A DNA stretch of 64,000 nucleotides from Eledone cirrhosa (Eukaryota): contig OZ024751.1 in assembly GCA_964016885.1 (NCBI GenBank), positions 992,001-1,056,000 on the forward strand. Reading direction: 5' to 3'. Every line of letters begins with the position of its first letter. Position 1 is the stretch's first letter. Both the position numbers and the translations under genes were made by a program. Shown here in pieces: positions 59,200-64,000 of the stretch. The notes beneath the pieces are model-generated. The model searched no databases. It was not told the DNA's origin and was given only the letters and a program-made list of their open reading frames with translations.

Positions 59200-62100
59200 G
59201 TGTAGATATGTATATATCAACTGTACACACTTCTCTGAGTACAGTGTGTGAGTGTAGATATGTGTATATCAACTGTACACACTTCCCTGAGTACAGTGTG
59301 TGAGTGTAGATATGTATATATCAACTGTACACACTTCTCTGAGTACAGTGTGTGAGTGTAGATATGTATATATCAACTGTACACACTTCTCTGAGTACAG
59401 TGTGTGAGTGTAGATATGTGTATATCAACTGTACACACTTCCCTGAGTACAGTGTGTGAGTGTAGATATGTGTATATCAACTGTACACACTTCCCTGAGT
59501 AGAGTGTGTGAGTGTAGATATGTATATATCAACTGTACACACTTCCCTGAGTACAGTGTGTGAGTGTAGATATGTATATATCAACTGTACACACTTCCCT
59601 GAGTACAGTGTGTGAGTGTAGATATGTATATATCAACTATACACGCATCTCTGAATACCGTGTGTGAGTGTAGATATGTATATATCAACTGTACACACTT
59701 CCCTGAGTACAGTGTGTGAGTGTAGATATGTGTATATCAACTGTACACACTTCTCTGAGTACAGTGTGTGAGTGTAGATATGTATATATCAACTGTACAC
59801 ACTTCCCTGAGTACTGTGTGTGAGTGTAGATATGTGTATATCAACTATACACGCTTCTCTGAGTACAGTGTGTGAGTGTAGATATGTGTATATCAACTGT
59901 ACACACTTCCCTGAGTACAGTGTGTGAGTGTAGATATGTATATATCAACTATACACGCTTCTCTGAGTACAGTGTGTGAGTGTAGATATGTATATATCAA
60001 CTATACACGCTTCTCTGAGTACAGTGTGTGAGTGTAGATATGTATATATCAACTATACACGCTTCTCTGAGTACAGTGTGTGAGTGTAGATATGTATATA
60101 TCAACTGTACACACTTCCCTGAGTAGAGTGTGTGAGTGTAGATATGTATATATCAACTGTACACACTTCCCTGAGTAGAGTGTGTGAGTGTAGATATGTA
60201 TATATCAACTATACACACTTCCCTGAGTACAGTGTTTGTGTGTAGATATGTGTATATCAACTATACACACTTCCCTGAGTAGAGTGTGTGAGTGTAGATA
60301 TGTATATATCAACTATACACACTTCCCTGAGTACAGTGTGTGAGTGTAGATATGTGTATATCAACGGTACACGCTTCCCTGAGTACAGTGTGTGAGTGTA
60401 GATATGTATATATCAACTGTACACGCTTCTCTGAGTACAGTGGGTGAGTGTAGATATGTATATATCAACTGTACACACTTCTCTGAGTACAGTGTGTGAG
60501 TGTAGATATGTATATATCAACTGTACACACTTCCCTGAGTACAGTGTGTGAGTGTAGATATGTATATATCAACTGTACACACTTCTCTGAGTACAGTGGG
60601 TGAGTGTAGATATGTATATATCAACTATACACGCTTCTCTGAGTACAGTGTGTGAGTGTAGATATGTATATATCAACTATACACGCTTCTCTGAGTACAG
60701 TGTGTGAGTGTAGATATGTATATATCAACTGTACACACTTCCCTGAGTACAGTGTGTGAGTGTAGATATGTATATATCAACTGTACACACTTCTCTGAGT
60801 ACAGTGGGTGAGTGTAGATATGTATATATCAACTGTACACACTTCTCTGAGTACAGTGTGTGAGTGTAGATATGTGTATATCAACTATACACACTTCCCT
60901 GAGTACAGTGTGTGAGTGTAGATATGTATATATCAACTATACACGCTTCTCTGAGTACAATGTGTGAGTGTAGATATGTATATATCAACAGTACACACTT
61001 CCCTGAGTACAGTGTGTGAGTGTAGATATGTATATATCAACTATACACGCTTCTCTGAGTACAGTGTGTGAGTGTAGATATGTATATATCAACTATACAC
61101 GCTTCTCTGAGTACAGTGTGTGAGTGTAGATATGTATATATCAACTGTACACACTTCCCTGAGTACAGTGTGTGAGAGTAGATATGTATATATCAACTGT
61201 ACACACTTCTCTGAGTACAGTGGGTGAGTGTAGATATGTATATATCAACTGTACACACTTCCCTGAGTACAGTGTGTGAGTGTAGATATGTATATATCAA
61301 CTGTACACACTTCTCTGAGTACAGTGGGTGAGTGTAGATATGTATATATCAACTGTACACACTTCCCTGAGTACAGTGTGTGAGTGTAGATATGTATATA
61401 TCAACTGTACACACTTCTCTGAGTACAGTGTGTGAGTGTAGATATGTGTATATCAACTATACACACTTCCCTGAGTACAGTGTGTGAGTGTAGATATGTA
61501 TATATCTACTATACACGCTTCTCTAAGTACAATGTGTGAGTGTAGATATGTATATATCAACAGTACACACTTCCCTGAGTACAGTGTGTGAGTGTAGATA
61601 TGTGTATATCAACTGTACACGCTTCTCTGAGTACAGTGGGTGAATGTAGATATGTGTATATCAACTATACACACTTCCCTGAGTACAGTGTGTGAGTGTA
61701 GATATGTGTATATCAACTGTACACGCTTCCCTGAGTACACTGTGTGAGTGTAGATATGTATATATCAACTGTACACACTTCTCTGAGTACAGTGTGTGAG
61801 TGTAGATATGTGTATATCAACTGTACGCACTTCTCTGAGTACAGTGTGTGAGTGTAGATATGTGTATACCAACTATACACACTTCCCTGAGTACAGTGTG
61901 TGAGTGTAGATATGTATATATCAACTGTACATGCTTCCCTGAGTACAGTGTGTGAGTGTAGATATGTGTATATCAACTGTACACACTTCCCTGAGTACAG
62001 TGTGTGAGTGTAGATATGTGTATATCAACTGTACACACTTCCCTGAGTACAGTGTGTGAGTGTAGATATGTATATATCAACTGTACACGCTTCTCTGAGT

Positions 62101-63900
62101 ACAGTGGGTGAGTGTAGATATGTGTATATCAACTGTACACGCTTCCCTGAGTACAGTGTGTGAGTGTAGATATGTATATATCAACTGTACACGCTTCCCT
62201 GAGTACAGTGTGTGAGTGTAGATATGTGTATATCAACTGTACACACTTCTCTGAGTACAGTGTGTGAGTGTAGATATGTGTATATCAACTGTACACACTT
62301 CCCTGAGTACAGTGTGTGAGTGTAGATATGTATATATCAACTGTACACACTTCTCTGAGTACAGTGTGTGAGTGTAGATATGTATATATCAACTGTACAC
62401 ACTTCTCTGAGTACAGTGTGTGAGTGTAGATATGTGTATATCAACTGTACACACTTCCCTGAGTACAGTGTGTGAGTGTAGATATGTGTATATCAACTGT
62501 ACACACTTCCCTGAGTAGAGTGTGTGAGTGTAGATATGTATATATCAACTGTACACACTTCCCTGAGTACAGTGTGTGAGTGTAAATATGTATATATCAA
62601 CTGTACACACTTCCCTGAGTACAGTGTGTGAGTGTAGATATGTATATATCAACTATACACGCATTTCTGAGTACCGTGTGTGAGTGTAGATATGTATATA
62701 TCAACTGTACACACTTCCCTGAGTACAGTGTGTGAGTGTAGATATGTGTATATCAACTGTACACACTTCTCTGAGTACAGTGTGTGAGTGTAGATATGTA
62801 TATATCAACTGTACACACTTCCCTGAGTACAGTGTGTGAGTGTAGATATGTGTATATCAACTATACACGCTTCTCTGAGTACAGTGTGTGAGTGTAGATA
62901 TGTGTATATCAACTGTACACACTTCCCTGAGTACAGTGTGTGAGTGTAGATATGTATATATCAACTATACACGCTTCTCTGAGTACAGTGTGTGAGTGTA
63001 GATATGTATATATCAACTATACACGCTTCTCTGAGTACAGTGTGTGAGTGTAGATATGTATATATCAACTATACACGCTTCTCTGAGTACAGTGTGTGAG
63101 TGTAGATATGTATATATCAACTATACACGCTTCTCTGAGTACAGTGTGTGAGTGTAGATATGTATATATCAACTGTACACACTTCCCTGAGTAGAGTGTG
63201 TGAGTGTAGATATGTATATATCAACTGTACACACTTCCCTGAGTAGAGTGTGTGAGTGTAGATATGTATATATCAACTATACACACTTCCCTGAGTACAG
63301 TGTGTGTGTGTAGATATGTGTATATCAACTATACACACTTCCCTGAGTAGAGTGTGTGAGTGTAGATATGTATATATCAACTATACACACTTCCCTGAGT
63401 ACAGTGTGTGAGTGTAGATATGTGTATATCAACGGTACACGCTTCTCTGAGTACAGTGGGTGAGTGTAGATATGTATATATCAACTGTACACACTTCCCT
63501 GAGTACAGTGTGTGAGTGTAGATATGTATATATCAACTATACACACTTCCCTGAGTACAGTGTGTGAGTGTAGATATCTGTATATCAACGGTACACGCTT
63601 CCCTGAGTACAGTGTGTGAGTGTAGATATGTATATATCAACTATACACACTTCCCTGAGTAGAGTGTGTGAGTGTAGATATGTATATATCAACTATACAC
63701 ACTTCCCTGAGTACAGTGTGTGAGTGTAGATATGTGTATATCAACGGTACACGCTTCCCTGAGTACAGTGTGTGAGTGTAGATATGTATATATCAACTGT
63801 ACACGCTTCTCTGAGTACAGTGGGTGAGTGTAGATATGTATATATCAACTGTACACACTTCCCTGAGTACAGTGTGTGAGTGTAGATATGTATATATCAA
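59200..63900. repeat. Diverged duplication with ~3016-bp (58-monomer) offset
   Basis: GCAT...TACCGTG at 59645 and 62661. Each is followed by paired GAGTAGAG monomers and the CAACGGTAC marker (~60362, then ~63430, ~63586 and ~63742). Confidence 0.7.
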
Positions 63901-64000
63901 CTGTACACACTTCTCTGAGTACAGTGGGTGAGTGTAGATATGTATATATCAACTGTACACACTTCTCTGAGTACAGTGGGTGAGTGTAGATATGTATATA

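Larger units (their letters stand above)
1..64000. repeat. 52-bp tandem satellite array, ~1,235 head-to-tail monomers, open at both window edges
   Basis: TATATCAACT recurs at 1, 53, 105 and onward (period 52) to the end of the window. Monomers differ by only a few substitutions. I saw no inversion or foreign insertion. Copy number is estimated from 64000/52, adjusted for the short monomers. Confidence 0.99.

Noticed and set aside
993-61976. About 50 short His/Cys/Thr/Tyr-rich ORFs (MIYTYLHSHTVLREVCTVD...), superficially like metal-binding repeat peptides
   Set aside because: They are translations of the satellite. The 52-bp period cycles through all three frames, and the minus strand has essentially one fixed TGA per monomer. 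ORFs exceed ~52 codons only where a 9-bp deletion or point variant removes that stop. Most start at an in-repeat TTG, and there is no codon-level constraint.
1-64000. CRISPR-like array (palindromic repeat at regular spacing)
   Set aside because: There are no unique spacers: the whole 52 bp is repeated. There is also no leader and no cas gene.
1-64000. Integron attC, REP/BIME, iteron or recombination-site array
   Set aside because: No cassettes, integrase or rep gene, and no intervening unique DNA. The scale and purity fit a eukaryotic satellite.
1-64000. Telomeric repeat or G-quadruplex array
   Set aside because: No TTAGGG-like short unit. There is at most one GGG run per strand per monomer, too sparse for a canonical G4.
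1-64000. Variant pattern as an information-bearing code or diversity-generating cassette library
   Set aside because: The order of variants is accounted for by nested duplications and reshuffling. No expression site, recombinase or reverse transcriptase is present.
1-64000. Rolling-circle or sequencing concatemer artefact
   Set aside because: Rare variants recur in conserved order at multi-kb offsets, as expected from inherited mutations rather than random errors on one template. Individual duplication junctions still need read validation.

Overview
The whole 64-kb window is one uninterrupted, head-to-tail, single-orientation tandem array (satellite / very long minisatellite). It consists of about 1,235 copies of a 52-bp monomer, consensus TATATCAACTGTACACACTTCCCTGAGTACAGTGTGTGAGTGTAGATATGT(A/G). 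It continues past both window edges. I found no gene, RNA gene, transposon, CRISPR spacer or unique flank, and every ORF in the track is a translation of the repeat. The real structure lies in three layers. (1) The monomer carries two near-perfect dyads and is about 5 helical turns long. (2) About 6 common biallelic sites plus rare marker variants and recurrent indel monomers (43, 48, 51, 53 bp) act as a barcode. (3) That barcode reveals nested segmental duplications and higher-order repeats (offsets 511, 2279, 3419, 4922, about 2.1/1.4 kb, 3536 and 13502 bp), some of which can be put in time order. The source is probably eukaryotic heterochromatin (inference). I cannot name the organism or satellite family, and nothing here supports a new protein-coding system. 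Counts and breakpoints were read by eye and are approximate to within about one monomer.
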